DNA of 64,000 nucleotides, from the NCBI GenBank assembly GCA_030647115.1, contig JAUSJZ010000010.1, positions 4,540 through 68,539 of the forward strand. Reading direction: 5' to 3'. Below, one piece after another: positions 7,750 to 17,675 of this stretch. The notes below the pieces were generated by a model. The model saw only the letters and a program-made list of their open reading frames with translations. It did no database searches and was not told the DNA's origin. Made by a program: the position numbers and the translations under genes. Numbering within the stretch: the first letter of the stretch is position 1; each line of letters begins with the position of its first letter. This DNA is from a bacterium. GTDB lineage: Bacteria; Patescibacteriota; UBA1384; CAILIB01; JAUSJZ01.

Positions 7750-9606
7750 GTGACAAACTACCAAGAGATACTACACAACAGCTCCGCTATCTTCATGCTG
7801 ATTAACAGAGCGGGTAGTGTGGTTTACGTTAATAAGGTTCTCTATTCTATCTCTACTAAAACCATAAAGGCCCGTGGTTTGGATGTGTTAGAGGGGCTAA
7901 TGAGTAAGGGTGATCGCCATCTCCTGGCCACCGAATTAGAATCGGTCTGGGCCGGTATGGGCAACGAACGTTTTTGGACGACTAACTTAAAGATACCCGA
8001 GCTAGGTTTAGTGACGGTGACCATGCGTTCCTGGCTGCTGTCACCCCAGTTGATTGTGCTAGAGCTAAACGATATCTCCGCCACCAGTGAGGCTTACCGC
8101 GAGATTGTCCAGTCGGAACGAGAGCTGGCCCTGACCAGCAAACTGGCCCAGTTAAGAACCAAGTATATCTCTGAAGACGCCTTTTATCACGCCATGCTGA
8201 AACTTATTAACCACGAGGTTAAGGCAGATGGGGCATTGCTTTACTTTAAAACCGACAATCGGCCGGGCCAGTTGGTGGCTGGGGTAAGTGAAGATGACCG
8301 AATATTTGATATTGATCTGACAAATCTAATTGCTGATCTGACGTCACACCGAGTGGAGCTTCAACGAAAACAGCTACTTCAGTGGCAGAGCAGGTTGAGC
8401 GTACCGCTACACAACCAAGATGGACCGGTGGGTTGGTTGATTTTGTTTTCGGAAGAGCCAACCAATTTTGACTGGGTCAGTATCAGGCTGATAACCAAGG
8501 TAGGCCATTTCTTGAATCACTTAGTTACCCTCGACATCATGCGCCGGCAACGGGAACACTCCCAAAATATATCGGCGACTATCTTTGCCAGCGTGCAAGA
8601 CGGTCTGATAGTGTTTGACGACAAAGGAGTAGTGATTGATATTAACCCGCCAGCGGCGGCCCAATTACAGCTTAGGCCTGGTAAAAAAAAGGTGCTACTG
8701 GAGAATCTGGTTATACCCGGCTATAAAGACGCCATCAATCGGTTTTGGCAGCGCTTGCAAACCAGCGGTAAGGCCAAATGTCGGGTTAAGCTGGGTGGCG
8801 ATAGTCAGCCAATATACGAACTAGAAGGGGTGCGCATCGCCACCGAACAACAGCTGGTCTACCTAGGCAATATTAAAGATGTCTCCCTGTGGGTCAATCG
8901 ACAAGAGCTACTACAGCAGAAGACCCGCCGGTTAGAGCAAATTGACCGGTTGAAAGATCAATTTATCTCCATGGTGTCGCATGAGCTGCGTTCCCCCCTG
9001 ACAGTCATCAAAGGGCATCTATCACTCTGGCAGAAGAACCGACAGTCAATCGATCAAGCATCAATTGAGGCGGTTACCCAGGGGGCCGAACGGCTCGACC
9101 GCTTCGTCGGAGATATCTTGTTAGCCGCCCAAATGGAGTATGGCGAATTACCACTTAGCTATTCCAAAATAGATTTACCGCACAATTTTACCAATTTGGT
9201 GAATCAGCTAAAACCGATGATTGAGGAGAAAGAGCTCAAACTAACCACCAAAATAGCACCGCTCAATATTGAGATCGATGCCGATAGATTTAACCAAGCC
9301 ATTGTCAACATCCTAATGAATGCTATCAAGTATTGTAACCAGGGTGACAGTATCACAATCAACCTCCGTCGTAACGAGCGGGGAATCACCATCACTATCG
9401 CCGACACGGGCCCGGGTATTGCCCAGAAACACTTAGCCCATATCTTTGACCGCTTTTTTAAGGGTAGTAGTAGCTCGGTCGGTGCGGGCTTGGGTCTGTT
9501 CATCACCCATCAGATAGTAAGCAGGATGGGTGGGCACATTAGTGTCACCACCAAATTAAACCAGGGTACAAAATTCACCGTAAGTTTGCCCGTCAGGGTA
9601 TACTGA
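7750..9606 (+). CDS. cytoplasmic PAS/GAF sensor histidine kinase
   Basis: H-box SHELRSPL, N-box NILMNAIKY, DTGPGI, IFDRFF, GAGLGL; PAS-like DGLIVFD..INPPA; no TM segment seen. Confidence 0.95.
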   Translation: MTNYQEILHNSSAIFMLINRAGSVVYVNKVLYSISTKTIKARGLDVLEGLMSKGDRHLLATELESVWAGMGNERFWTTNLKIPELGLVTVTMRSWLLSPQLIVLELNDISATSEAYREIVQSERELALTSKLAQLRTKYISEDAFYHAMLKLINHEVKADGALLYFKTDNRPGQLVAGVSEDDRIFDIDLTNLIADLTSHRVELQRKQLLQWQSRLSVPLHNQDGPVGWLILFSEEPTNFDWVSIRLITKVGHFLNHLVTLDIMRRQREHSQNISATIFASVQDGLIVFDDKGVVIDINPPAAAQLQLRPGKKKVLLENLVIPGYKDAINRFWQRLQTSGKAKCRVKLGGDSQPIYELEGVRIATEQQLVYLGNIKDVSLWVNRQELLQQKTRRLEQIDRLKDQFISMVSHELRSPLTVIKGHLSLWQKNRQSIDQASIEAVTQGAERLDRFVGDILLAAQMEYGELPLSYSKIDLPHNFTNLVNQLKPMIEEKELKLTTKIAPLNIEIDADRFNQAIVNILMNAIKYCNQGDSITINLRRNERGITITIADTGPGIAQKHLAHIFDRFFKGSSSSVGAGLGLFITHQIVSRMGGHISVTTKLNQGTKFTVSLPVRVY

Positions 9607-9610
9607 AAAC

Positions 9611-10243
9611 ATGTTCAACCAGCGATTATTACCGGCCATTTTAGAGCAGAGTGCCCTGTCGGTTAAACGCAAACTGGAACAGTTGGCAGCGTTATCTGAC
9701 TCAGTCCAACTAGATTTTATGGATGGCACTCTGACCGACAGTAAGACGCTTGATCTGGATGAACTACTGCGGCTGGCTACCAACTTCAAAATTGAGGTTC
9801 ACCTCATGGTTGCTAAACCAAGCCAGTATTTTCTAACCCTGGCGACGGGTAAGGTAAAAGCCTGCGTCATCCACCAAGAGAGCTATGACGACCAGTCTGA
9901 TCTAATCAAAGACTGTCAGGCACTGAAAGCCCTGGGTATTAGTCCTAGTATCTCTTGTTGGCCAGACGCGGAACCTGAAACTGTAGCTGAAGCCAAATCT
10001 TATCAAATTATGGGAGTGGTTCCCGGTCAGGTGGGCCAAACTATTATCGGTAATACGCGAACGCGAGCACTTAACCTCAAGCAACGGGTGCGGCGTGGTG
10101 TTATGATATCACTAGACGGGGGAGTTACGTCTGCTGTTGTCAGTGACCTGGCAGATGTAGTCGACCGTTTTATTGTGAACAGCTGGCTCTATTTAAAAGA
10201 GCCGGAGATACAGTGGCGTCTGTTAGAGCAGGCGCTAAAATAA
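9611..10243 (+). CDS. rpe: ribulose-phosphate 3-epimerase (divergent)
   Basis: QLDFMDG, VHLMV, MGVVPG, DGGV motifs; operon context. Confidence 0.8.
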   Translation: MFNQRLLPAILEQSALSVKRKLEQLAALSDSVQLDFMDGTLTDSKTLDLDELLRLATNFKIEVHLMVAKPSQYFLTLATGKVKACVIHQESYDDQSDLIKDCQALKALGISPSISCWPDAEPETVAEAKSYQIMGVVPGQVGQTIIGNTRTRALNLKQRVRRGVMISLDGGVTSAVVSDLADVVDRFIVNSWLYLKEPEIQWRLLEQALK

Positions 10244-10260
10244 CAAAGAAAAGGAGGGCA

Positions 10261-11271
10261 ATGGCATATGCAGTTGCGATTAACGGTTTTGGCCGCATTG
10301 GTCGAACTGCTTTTAAGATTGCCTTAACTAGGCCGGAGATTGAAATAGTCGCTATTAACGACCTGGCTGCAGCCGAATCACTAGCTTATCTACTGCGTTA
10401 TGACACCGCCTATGGCAAATACAGTGAAGAGGTAGCCGTTGACCAAAACTCCTTAGTTGTCGGAGGCCAGTCCATTCCACTTTTTGCCGAACCAGACCCT
10501 ACCAAACTACCCTGGCGTGATTTAAACGTTGACGTGGTAGTCGAGTCTACCGGTGCCTTTACCAAAAGAGAGCAGGCCGAGCAGCACCTAACAGCCGGTG
10601 CCAAGGCGGTTGTCGTCTCCGCTCCCGGAAAAGGTGATAATCCAATTACTATCGGGGTCTTGGGGGCGAATGAATTAAATGCTACCACCGAAAAACTATT
10701 CTCGAACGCCTCTTGCACGACTAATTGCATCTCACCTATCATGGCCATTTTAGACGCCGAGCTGGGGGTTGCTAAAGCGATGATGACGACAATTCACGCC
10801 TATACTGCTTCTCAAAATATTCAAGACGGACCGAACAAAGATTTTCGTCGGGGGCGCGCCGGAGCCGCCAATATCATACCGACGACCACCGGAGCAGCCA
10901 CAGCCACGACGGCCGTTTTGCCAAATCTCAAAGACAAATTTAACGGGTTTGCGCTACGGGTACCGCTTATTACCGGCTCAATTAGTGATATTACGGCGGT
11001 TGTCAAGCGCCAGACTACCGTGGCCGAGCTCAATCAAATATTCACCGACAAGGCCGATAAGGGTTTACTAAAAGGTATACTACAGGTCACTACCGAGCCC
11101 ATCGTCTCGAGTGATGTCATTGGTTCATCGTATTCAGCCATCGTTGATCTCTCCTTTACCCAGGTTGTGGGTGGTGACCTGGTTAAAATTGTAGCCTGGT
11201 ATGACAACGAGTACGGCTACTCCTGTCGTTTAATTGACCAGGTAATCGCGATTGCTAAACAAGTGGCATGA
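10261..11271 (+). CDS. gap: type I glyceraldehyde-3-phosphate dehydrogenase
   Basis: AINGFGRIGR, NASCTTNC, WYDNEYGY; ATG 10261 after AGGAGG. Confidence 0.98.
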   Translation: MAYAVAINGFGRIGRTAFKIALTRPEIEIVAINDLAAAESLAYLLRYDTAYGKYSEEVAVDQNSLVVGGQSIPLFAEPDPTKLPWRDLNVDVVVESTGAFTKREQAEQHLTAGAKAVVVSAPGKGDNPITIGVLGANELNATTEKLFSNASCTTNCISPIMAILDAELGVAKAMMTTIHAYTASQNIQDGPNKDFRRGRAGAANIIPTTTGAATATTAVLPNLKDKFNGFALRVPLITGSISDITAVVKRQTTVAELNQIFTDKADKGLLKGILQVTTEPIVSSDVIGSSYSAIVDLSFTQVVGGDLVKIVAWYDNEYGYSCRLIDQVIAIAKQVA

Positions 11272-12104
11272 CCATTTATACGCTCGAAAAAAAGGCCTAT
11301 CACATTAGAGAGCAGGTAATTAAAATGCTGCTGGCCGCTAAATCGGGTCACGCGGCCGGTTCGTTAGGAGTGGCCGATATTATGACGGCTCTTTATTTTC
11401 GCTATCTCAATCATCAACCTAAAAAACCCGACTGGGAGGGTCGAGACCGGTTTATTTTGTCTTGTGGTCACCTGGTACCGGTCTGGTATGCCACCCTAGC
11501 CGAGGCCGGCTATTTCGATCAGGCCCAACTGACCGGTCTACGGCAATTTGGCAGTAAACTGCAGGGTCACCCTAAAAGGGGTCTGCTACCTGGGGTGGAG
11601 AATACCGGGGGGCCCTTGGGCCAAGGGGTTTCACAGGCTGTCGGACGAGCGCTGGCCGCGCGTTTGCTGAAGGCTAAATACCGAATTGTCTGCCTGATGA
11701 GTGACGGTGAACAGCAGGAGGGCCAGGTCTGGGAAGCTCTAATGACGGCCAGCAAATATAAATTATCTAACCTAACTTTTATAGTTGATCGCAATAATAT
11801 TCAGATAGACGGTCATACCGAAGATATCATGCCCCTTGAACCACTGCGGGCCAAATACGAGGCCTTTGGTCTAGAAGTGCTCGAAGTTGACGGGCATAAC
11901 ATTAAGGCAATTTTGGACTGTTTGAGTCAGGCCGAAGCGACCTATGAGAAACCGACGATTATTATGGCTCATACTATTGCCGGCAAAGGAGTCAGTTTTA
12001 TGGAGCAAGAACCGAATTGGCACGGTCGGGCACCCAATAAAGAAGAGGCGCTACGAGCGCTGCAACAACTACGAACACTAGAAGGAAGAATCGAACATGA
12101 TTAA
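11268..12104 (+). CDS. transketolase, N-terminal (TPP-binding) subunit
   Basis: SGHAAGSLG, DRFILSCGH, LQGHP, SDGEQQEG, WHG. Confidence 0.95.
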   Translation: MTIYTLEKKAYHIREQVIKMLLAAKSGHAAGSLGVADIMTALYFRYLNHQPKKPDWEGRDRFILSCGHLVPVWYATLAEAGYFDQAQLTGLRQFGSKLQGHPKRGLLPGVENTGGPLGQGVSQAVGRALAARLLKAKYRIVCLMSDGEQQEGQVWEALMTASKYKLSNLTFIVDRNNIQIDGHTEDIMPLEPLRAKYEAFGLEVLEVDGHNIKAILDCLSQAEATYEKPTIIMAHTIAGKGVSFMEQEPNWHGRAPNKEEALRALQQLRTLEGRIEHD

Positions 12105-13053
12105 GGAACTAGCTACTGCCAACGGCTCATTACGCAACGGGTTTGGAGACGCGCTGGTAGAACTGGGTAATTTAAATTCTAAGGTGGTGGTGATCACCGC
12201 TGACCTAAAAGAGAGTACGCGGGCCACTACCTTTGCCGAGCGCTTTCCCGAACGCTTCTTCGACGTGGGCGTTGCGGAACAGAATATGATGGGGGTAGCG
12301 GCCGGTTTGGCACAAGAGGGCTTTATTCCCTTCTGTACCAGCTTCGCGGTTTTTAATCCGGGTCGTAATTGGGACCAGTTGAGAGTTAGTGTCTGTTATG
12401 ACAACGCCAACGTGAAGATTATTGGCGCCCATGCGGGTCTGACTGCCGGAGGCGATGGGGCGACTCACCTCGGTCTCGAAGATCTGGCAATCACCCGAGT
12501 CTTACCAAACCTGGTGGTGTTGGCACCGGCCGATATTCACGAGACCAGAATGGCCACCCTAGCGGCTGCTGCCTACGCCGGGCCAGTTTATATCAGGTTT
12601 GGGCGCAGTGATGAGCCAATTATCTTCAAACCGGGTGAACAATTTAGCATCGGTAAGGCCAAAGTTATGCGCGAGGGTCGCGACATTGCCCTTTATACTA
12701 CCGGCAGCATGTTAGCCCCGACCCTGGCGGCCGCCGCTTATTTGGATAGTAATAAGGTGAAGGCGGCCGTGATTCATTTCCCCACCGTAAAACCGTTAGA
12801 TAAGACGACTGCTATTGAATACGCCCGACAGACCAAGGCGGTGGTAACGGTCGAGGAACATCAAGTCGATGGCGGTTTCGGCAGTGCTATTAGCGAAGTA
12901 CTCTCTGAAAATTGGCCGGTACCCCTAAAGAGAATGGGGGTGAACAATACCTTTGGGGAGACGGGCTCACCCGTTGAATTGCGGCGAAAACACAAATTGC
13001 AGAGTAGCGATATCGCCGCTGCGGCCGTGAAACTGTTACTCAAACATCGATGA
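12097..13053 (+). CDS. transketolase, C-terminal subunit
   Basis: GVAEQNM, DGATH, GPVYIR, VTVEEH. Confidence 0.95.
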   Translation: MIKELATANGSLRNGFGDALVELGNLNSKVVVITADLKESTRATTFAERFPERFFDVGVAEQNMMGVAAGLAQEGFIPFCTSFAVFNPGRNWDQLRVSVCYDNANVKIIGAHAGLTAGGDGATHLGLEDLAITRVLPNLVVLAPADIHETRMATLAAAAYAGPVYIRFGRSDEPIIFKPGEQFSIGKAKVMREGRDIALYTTGSMLAPTLAAAAYLDSNKVKAAVIHFPTVKPLDKTTAIEYARQTKAVVTVEEHQVDGGFGSAISEVLSENWPVPLKRMGVNNTFGETGSPVELRRKHKLQSSDIAAAAVKLLLKHR

Positions 13054-13916
13054 TCACCACTTTGGTACCGGTCTTGCACCAGGCCCAGCTCAACCGTTAC
13101 GCCGTCGGCGCCTTCAACACCAATAACCTGGAGTTCAGCCAGGCCATCATTGAGGCAGCCCACGAAGAGCAGGCACCGGTTATTATCCAACTCTCACCTA
13201 AAGCCATGGTTTACGGTGGTAAGGCCCTTTTTTGTCTGACACAAGAGTTGGCTGCCAACACCGACGTACCGGTAGTCATCCACCTCGATCACGGTAGGAA
13301 ATTGAGTGATCTCAAACTGGGGCTCGAATGGCAGATGAGCTCGGTCATGATGGATGCCTCCGCGTTGAGTTTTAAACGCAATGTCGACGCTACCAAAGAA
13401 GCGGTCCGATTGGCACACCGTCATCGTGCCAGCGTCGAGGGTGAGTTGGGTACGATTGGAGGTCAAGAGGACTATGTTACTGGTGATGATCAGAATTCCT
13501 ACAGCTTAGACCAGATCAAAATATTTGCTAAGGAGACCCGAGTCGATGCGTTAGCCCTTGGTTTGGGGACCAGCCACGGTTTGCCCGTTAAGAACGAACA
13601 CGTCGATCAAAATATCTTAAAACAGGCCCGGGCCGCTGTCACCACACCCCTAGTTTTACACGGTGCCTCAAATATTGCTCCACTGGTAATTCGTAAGGCA
13701 ATTTTAAACGGCATCACTAAAATCAATATTGATACCGAGTTACGGCAACCATTTACCGGTGCAGTCCGCCATGCGCTGGCGACTGACCACCGACTCTTTG
13801 ACCCCCGGGAATACCTGGGAGTGGCCCGGGCAGCCGTCAAGGAGAGAGTGAAGCAAAAGATTAGATTATTTGGTTCAGCCAATAAAGCCAACTATGGATA
13901 TCCACGTTTTAGGTGA
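13050..13916 (+). CDS. fba: class II fructose-bisphosphate aldolase
   Basis: AVGAFN, HLDHG, VEGELG, GTSHG, VLHG, KINIDT. Confidence 0.95.
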   Translation: MITTLVPVLHQAQLNRYAVGAFNTNNLEFSQAIIEAAHEEQAPVIIQLSPKAMVYGGKALFCLTQELAANTDVPVVIHLDHGRKLSDLKLGLEWQMSSVMMDASALSFKRNVDATKEAVRLAHRHRASVEGELGTIGGQEDYVTGDDQNSYSLDQIKIFAKETRVDALALGLGTSHGLPVKNEHVDQNILKQARAAVTTPLVLHGASNIAPLVIRKAILNGITKINIDTELRQPFTGAVRHALATDHRLFDPREYLGVARAAVKERVKQKIRLFGSANKANYGYPRFR

Positions 13917-14856
13917 TGTAACAATCGACAACTTCATCTTTATTGATCATAATGATGCGGTTTTAAATTGTCGGCTCAATACCGACAACTGCACCTTGAG
14001 TGTGAAATACGGCGAGAAAACGCCGGTCAAGGAACTGTACCATTCAATTGGCGGCAACGCGGCTAACGTAGCGGTTGGTTTAACTCGCTGTGGTCTATCA
14101 AATAAACTGTATACCGAAGTCGGTGCTGATGTTGCTGGCCAACAATTAATAGATACCTTAAAAAAAGAGGGCGTTAACGTCAGCCAGGTCGAGGTTGTCT
14201 CTAAGAGGGCAACCAACCAATCGTATATCATTTTGTACTTAGGCGAACGAACTATCTTCTCTTATCATGAACCCGATCAAAAACTTGCTATCAATATTAA
14301 AGATAGTGATACGGTCTATCTTACCTCACTCGGAAAAGGGTGGCAGGAAGTGTATGAGAGTGTCTTAAATAGTAAGCTGTTAATTTACCAACCGGGGACC
14401 ATTCAGATAAGAGCTGGTTGGCGACAATCTAAAGCGATATTAGCTAAATCGGGTATTCTGATTCTCAATTACACCGAAGCAGAGAGTCTGCTTGGCAAAA
14501 CCTATTCGAACGGTAAAGATCTGTTAAACGCCCTGCTAAATACGGGTGCCAAAGAGGTGGTTGTAACCAAAGGCAAGGCCGGTTCACTAGCCGCTAACCA
14601 GTACGAGTTTTATGAAGCGGGAGTTTGGCATGAGGCTATTAAAAAAGAATCAACCGGCTCTGGTGATGCCTACACCAGTGCCTATGTCGCTAGTCGGCTA
14701 AAAGGTCTGGGTATCGATGTAGCAATGCAGGCCGGCACGTTGAACGCCGGTTACGTGATGCAGGAGATTGGCGCTCAAGCAGGCTTGCAACGATGGGATG
14801 AGCTGATGAAAGCCGTTAAATCGAGTAAGATAACGGTTAAAAATATAAATGATTAG
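13894..14856 (+). CDS. PfkB family carbohydrate kinase
   Basis: GGNAANVA, VVTKG..GS, STGSGDAY anion hole; ATG 13894. Confidence 0.92.
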   Translation: MDIHVLGDVTIDNFIFIDHNDAVLNCRLNTDNCTLSVKYGEKTPVKELYHSIGGNAANVAVGLTRCGLSNKLYTEVGADVAGQQLIDTLKKEGVNVSQVEVVSKRATNQSYIILYLGERTIFSYHEPDQKLAINIKDSDTVYLTSLGKGWQEVYESVLNSKLLIYQPGTIQIRAGWRQSKAILAKSGILILNYTEAESLLGKTYSNGKDLLNALLNTGAKEVVVTKGKAGSLAANQYEFYEAGVWHEAIKKESTGSGDAYTSAYVASRLKGLGIDVAMQAGTLNAGYVMQEIGAQAGLQRWDELMKAVKSSKITVKNIND

Positions 14857-15811
14857 CAAGAAAGTCGTTGTTTTGAGAGAGATACCGGCCGTGGCAATTG
14901 AATTGCTGGCTAAGAAATATCAGGTTGATGTCAATCAGTCGGGTCGGGTTCTGACCCGAGAGCAGTTGTATCATCGAGTGAAAGGGGCTAGCGCCATCAT
15001 CTCACTGCTGACCGATCGCATAGATGGGGCGGTGGTCAAGGCCGCTGGGCCACATCTGGCAATTGTCGCCAACTACGCGGTGGGGTTCGATAACGTAGAA
15101 CTGAAGGCCTTACGTGAGAAAAACATTGTGGTAACTAATACGCCGGGCGGAGTAACCGAAGCGGTCGCGGAACATACATTAGCCTTAACTCTGGCAGTGG
15201 CGCGTCGGGTGGTAGAAGCGGACAAATATGTCAGAAGCGGTCGCTATAAGCAGTGGGAACCATTACTCTTTTTAGGGCAATCACTAGTCGGCAAGACGGT
15301 GGGTATAATAGGGGCCGGTCGTATTGGTTCGGCCTTTGGTCGCATGATGCATCGAGCCCTCAAGGCAAAGCTACTCTACTTTGATACTCAACGTAACGCT
15401 GAATTAGAGCGGTCAATCGGAGCTACCAAGGTCTCTCTCAACGCCATTATGGAGCGCAGTGATATTATCTCTATTCACGTCTGTCTAACACCGCAGACCA
15501 AACACCTGATTGGTAGGGCCCAGTTAGCAGCCATGAAACCGACGGCTATTTTAGTAAATACCGCCCGGGGCCCGGTTATAGATGAAAGCTGTTTAATAGA
15601 TTGTCTCAAAAATAAAAGTATCTTCGGAACCGCCCTAGATGTTTATGAAAATGAACCCCACTTAATACCGGGCACTCGAGCACTCAACAATATAGTCCTG
15701 ACGCCTCATATTGGTTCAGCTACCGATGATGCCCGAATAGAGATGGCCGTCACGGCGGCCCGTAATGTTATCGCTGTACTATCTGGTCACGTCCCGCTCA
15801 ACCCCGTTTAA
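14849..15811 (+). CDS. D-glycerate dehydrogenase / glyoxylate reductase (D-2-hydroxyacid dehydrogenase)
   Basis: AVGFDN, GAGRIG, NTARG, LDVYENEP, TPHIGSAT. Confidence 0.93.
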   Translation: MISKKVVVLREIPAVAIELLAKKYQVDVNQSGRVLTREQLYHRVKGASAIISLLTDRIDGAVVKAAGPHLAIVANYAVGFDNVELKALREKNIVVTNTPGGVTEAVAEHTLALTLAVARRVVEADKYVRSGRYKQWEPLLFLGQSLVGKTVGIIGAGRIGSAFGRMMHRALKAKLLYFDTQRNAELERSIGATKVSLNAIMERSDIISIHVCLTPQTKHLIGRAQLAAMKPTAILVNTARGPVIDESCLIDCLKNKSIFGTALDVYENEPHLIPGTRALNNIVLTPHIGSATDDARIEMAVTAARNVIAVLSGHVPLNPV

Positions 15812-15824
15812 AAACGATATCCTC

Positions 15825-15852
15825 TTGACAAGCTATACCAACCTGCCAGAAT
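15825..15852 (+). promoter_or_regulatory. putative sigma70 promoter
   Basis: TTGACA-16 nt-CAGAAT with a TG extension. Confidence 0.55.
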
Positions 15853-15881
15853 AAGGACAGATTAGAAGTTAACATGCGTAT

Positions 15882-16124
15882 ATGGCTTACGAGTATACCA
15901 ACTCAAAAGGACAGCTCTACCACCTCCACTCGAAGGAGGTAACCTTGAAGGGTAACCTTCAGATGAAGATCTTCTACTTTAAGAAGGAGGTCGACGAAGA
16001 GTTCGCGATTGATGAACTACCGGCCGACCGAGAGGTCGTCGAGAATGAGCGCACCGGTTTACCGCTCGTGCGACGTAAGCGAACCGAAGAAGAGGCTAAG
16101 GAAGAGGCTAAAGAAAAAGGCTAG
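15882..16124 (+). CDS. small hypothetical protein (80 aa), stand-alone unit
   Basis: Own promoter and terminator; coding-like codon usage; YTNSKGQLYHLH..VVENERTGLP pattern. Confidence 0.8.
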   Translation: MAYEYTNSKGQLYHLHSKEVTLKGNLQMKIFYFKKEVDEEFAIDELPADREVVENERTGLPLVRRKRTEEEAKEEAKEKG

Positions 16125-16145
16125 GCAAGACTAGCTCTTAAGTAG

Positions 16146-16180
16146 GAAAAGACCCCATCGCTGGGGTCTTTTCTTGTTTT
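16146..16180 (+). terminator. intrinsic terminator
   Basis: gaaaagacccca-tcgc-tggggtcttttc followed by ttgtttt. Confidence 0.8.
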
Positions 16181-16211
16181 ATTGGGTCTTACTTGCTACA
16201 TTCTCTTGTAG

Positions 16212-17675
16212 ATGAAACGCAGCGACCTTTTCTTTACAGCCTTATTAATACCACTGGACTACATGGCGGTGGTAGTCAGTTTTATGTTGGCTTATCTTAT
16301 TAGAGTCAGTTATCCAACCATTGTACCAATCCACTGGTTGGGCCAGGTAGCCGACACGGTTAGCTACGAACCTGACCTGCAGCTTTATCCATTAATAGCC
16401 TATGTACCGGCTATTCTGTGGTTAGTAGCCGCCATGGTCGTTACTTTTATCTTTACCGGTCTGTATCGTGCCCGTCGCTTCACTAATACCTCGGAGGCTT
16501 CATCACAGATATTACGCTCCGTCGCTTATACCTTTTTACTACTGCTGCTGGTTACCTTCGTTAGGGGCAATACAATTTTACCCCGTCTGGTAATTCTATA
16601 TGCCATGGTTTTAACGGTCTTCGCGTTGGTATTAACTCGGTGGCTGGTCCATTTTATGAGAGTGATACTACAACGATACGGGGTTGGAGTGGTACGCGTC
16701 GCCGTGCTCGGTAAGAGGCGCAACGCCGATCGGGCAATCAGCTTCATTAACAGTTTTCGGGGTGAAGGATACCGCTTTGCCAGACAGTATTCATTGGGGG
16801 AACGAGAGAAGCTGTTGCGAGCGATCGACCGACGTAAATTTGATGAGCTAATTATCGCCGTTAATCACATTGATGAGCAGGAGCTGATTGATATTAGAGA
16901 GGCCTGTATTGAAAAACGGGTCGGTTTTGCTTTCGTGCCGAGCATGTTAGAGGTGCTGACTTCAAGAGTAGAGGTTAAAGACATGCGGGGATTTACGATG
17001 ATTGAGGTGCCACTGACCCCGTTGGAGGGTTGGGGCTATATCGTCAAAAGAATCGTTGATCTCACAGGTTCGATAGTGGGTCTTATTATACTTAGCCCGT
17101 TACTAATACTTATTGCTCTAGCCATCTATATCGATAGTCCCGGCCCAATCTTTTTTAAACACAAACGACTGGGTCAGCAACTAGAGGAGTTTTCGCTGTT
17201 CAAGTTTAGAACCATGAAGACCGAATTTTGTGACGGTGAGGGTTATGACAAGAAAAGGGCTCGGGCTCACTTTGAGGAGCTGCTCAACAATAATAAACAT
17301 TTGAAGGAAGAATGGCAGACCTATCAGAAGCTGAAACACGACCCCAGAGTGACTAGATTAGGGACCATATTACGTAAGACCAGTCTTGATGAATTGCCAC
17401 AGCTCTTTAACGCTCTAAGAGGAGATGTGAGCCTGGTTGGTCCCAGACCGATAGTCCGTAATGAGCTAGAAAAATATGGTCAGATGCGGCACCGTCTGTC
17501 GGCTATTAAGCCCGGTATAACCGGTCTGTGGCAGGTGAGTGGGCGTAATGATACTACCTATGAAGAGCGGGTGAGGTTAGATATGGTTTACGTGGAGAAT
17601 TGGAGTCTCTGGTTAGACGTTGTTATTATGTTAAAGACAATCAACACACTACTATTTAGAAAAGGTGCCTACTAA
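16212..17675 (+). CDS. undecaprenyl-phosphate glycosyl-1-phosphate transferase (WbaP/WcaJ family priming sugar transferase)
   Basis: N-terminal TMs; [39 protein letters not shown]. Confidence 0.95.
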   Translation: MKRSDLFFTALLIPLDYMAVVVSFMLAYLIRVSYPTIVPIHWLGQVADTVSYEPDLQLYPLIAYVPAILWLVAAMVVTFIFTGLYRARRFTNTSEASSQILRSVAYTFLLLLLVTFVRGNTILPRLVILYAMVLTVFALVLTRWLVHFMRVILQRYGVGVVRVAVLGKRRNADRAISFINSFRGEGYRFARQYSLGEREKLLRAIDRRKFDELIIAVNHIDEQELIDIREACIEKRVGFAFVPSMLEVLTSRVEVKDMRGFTMIEVPLTPLEGWGYIVKRIVDLTGSIVGLIILSPLLILIALAIYIDSPGPIFFKHKRLGQQLEEFSLFKFRTMKTEFCDGEGYDKKRARAHFEELLNNNKHLKEEWQTYQKLKHDPRVTRLGTILRKTSLDELPQLFNALRGDVSLVGPRPIVRNELEKYGQMRHRLSAIKPGITGLWQVSGRNDTTYEERVRLDMVYVENWSLWLDVVIMLKTINTLLFRKGAY

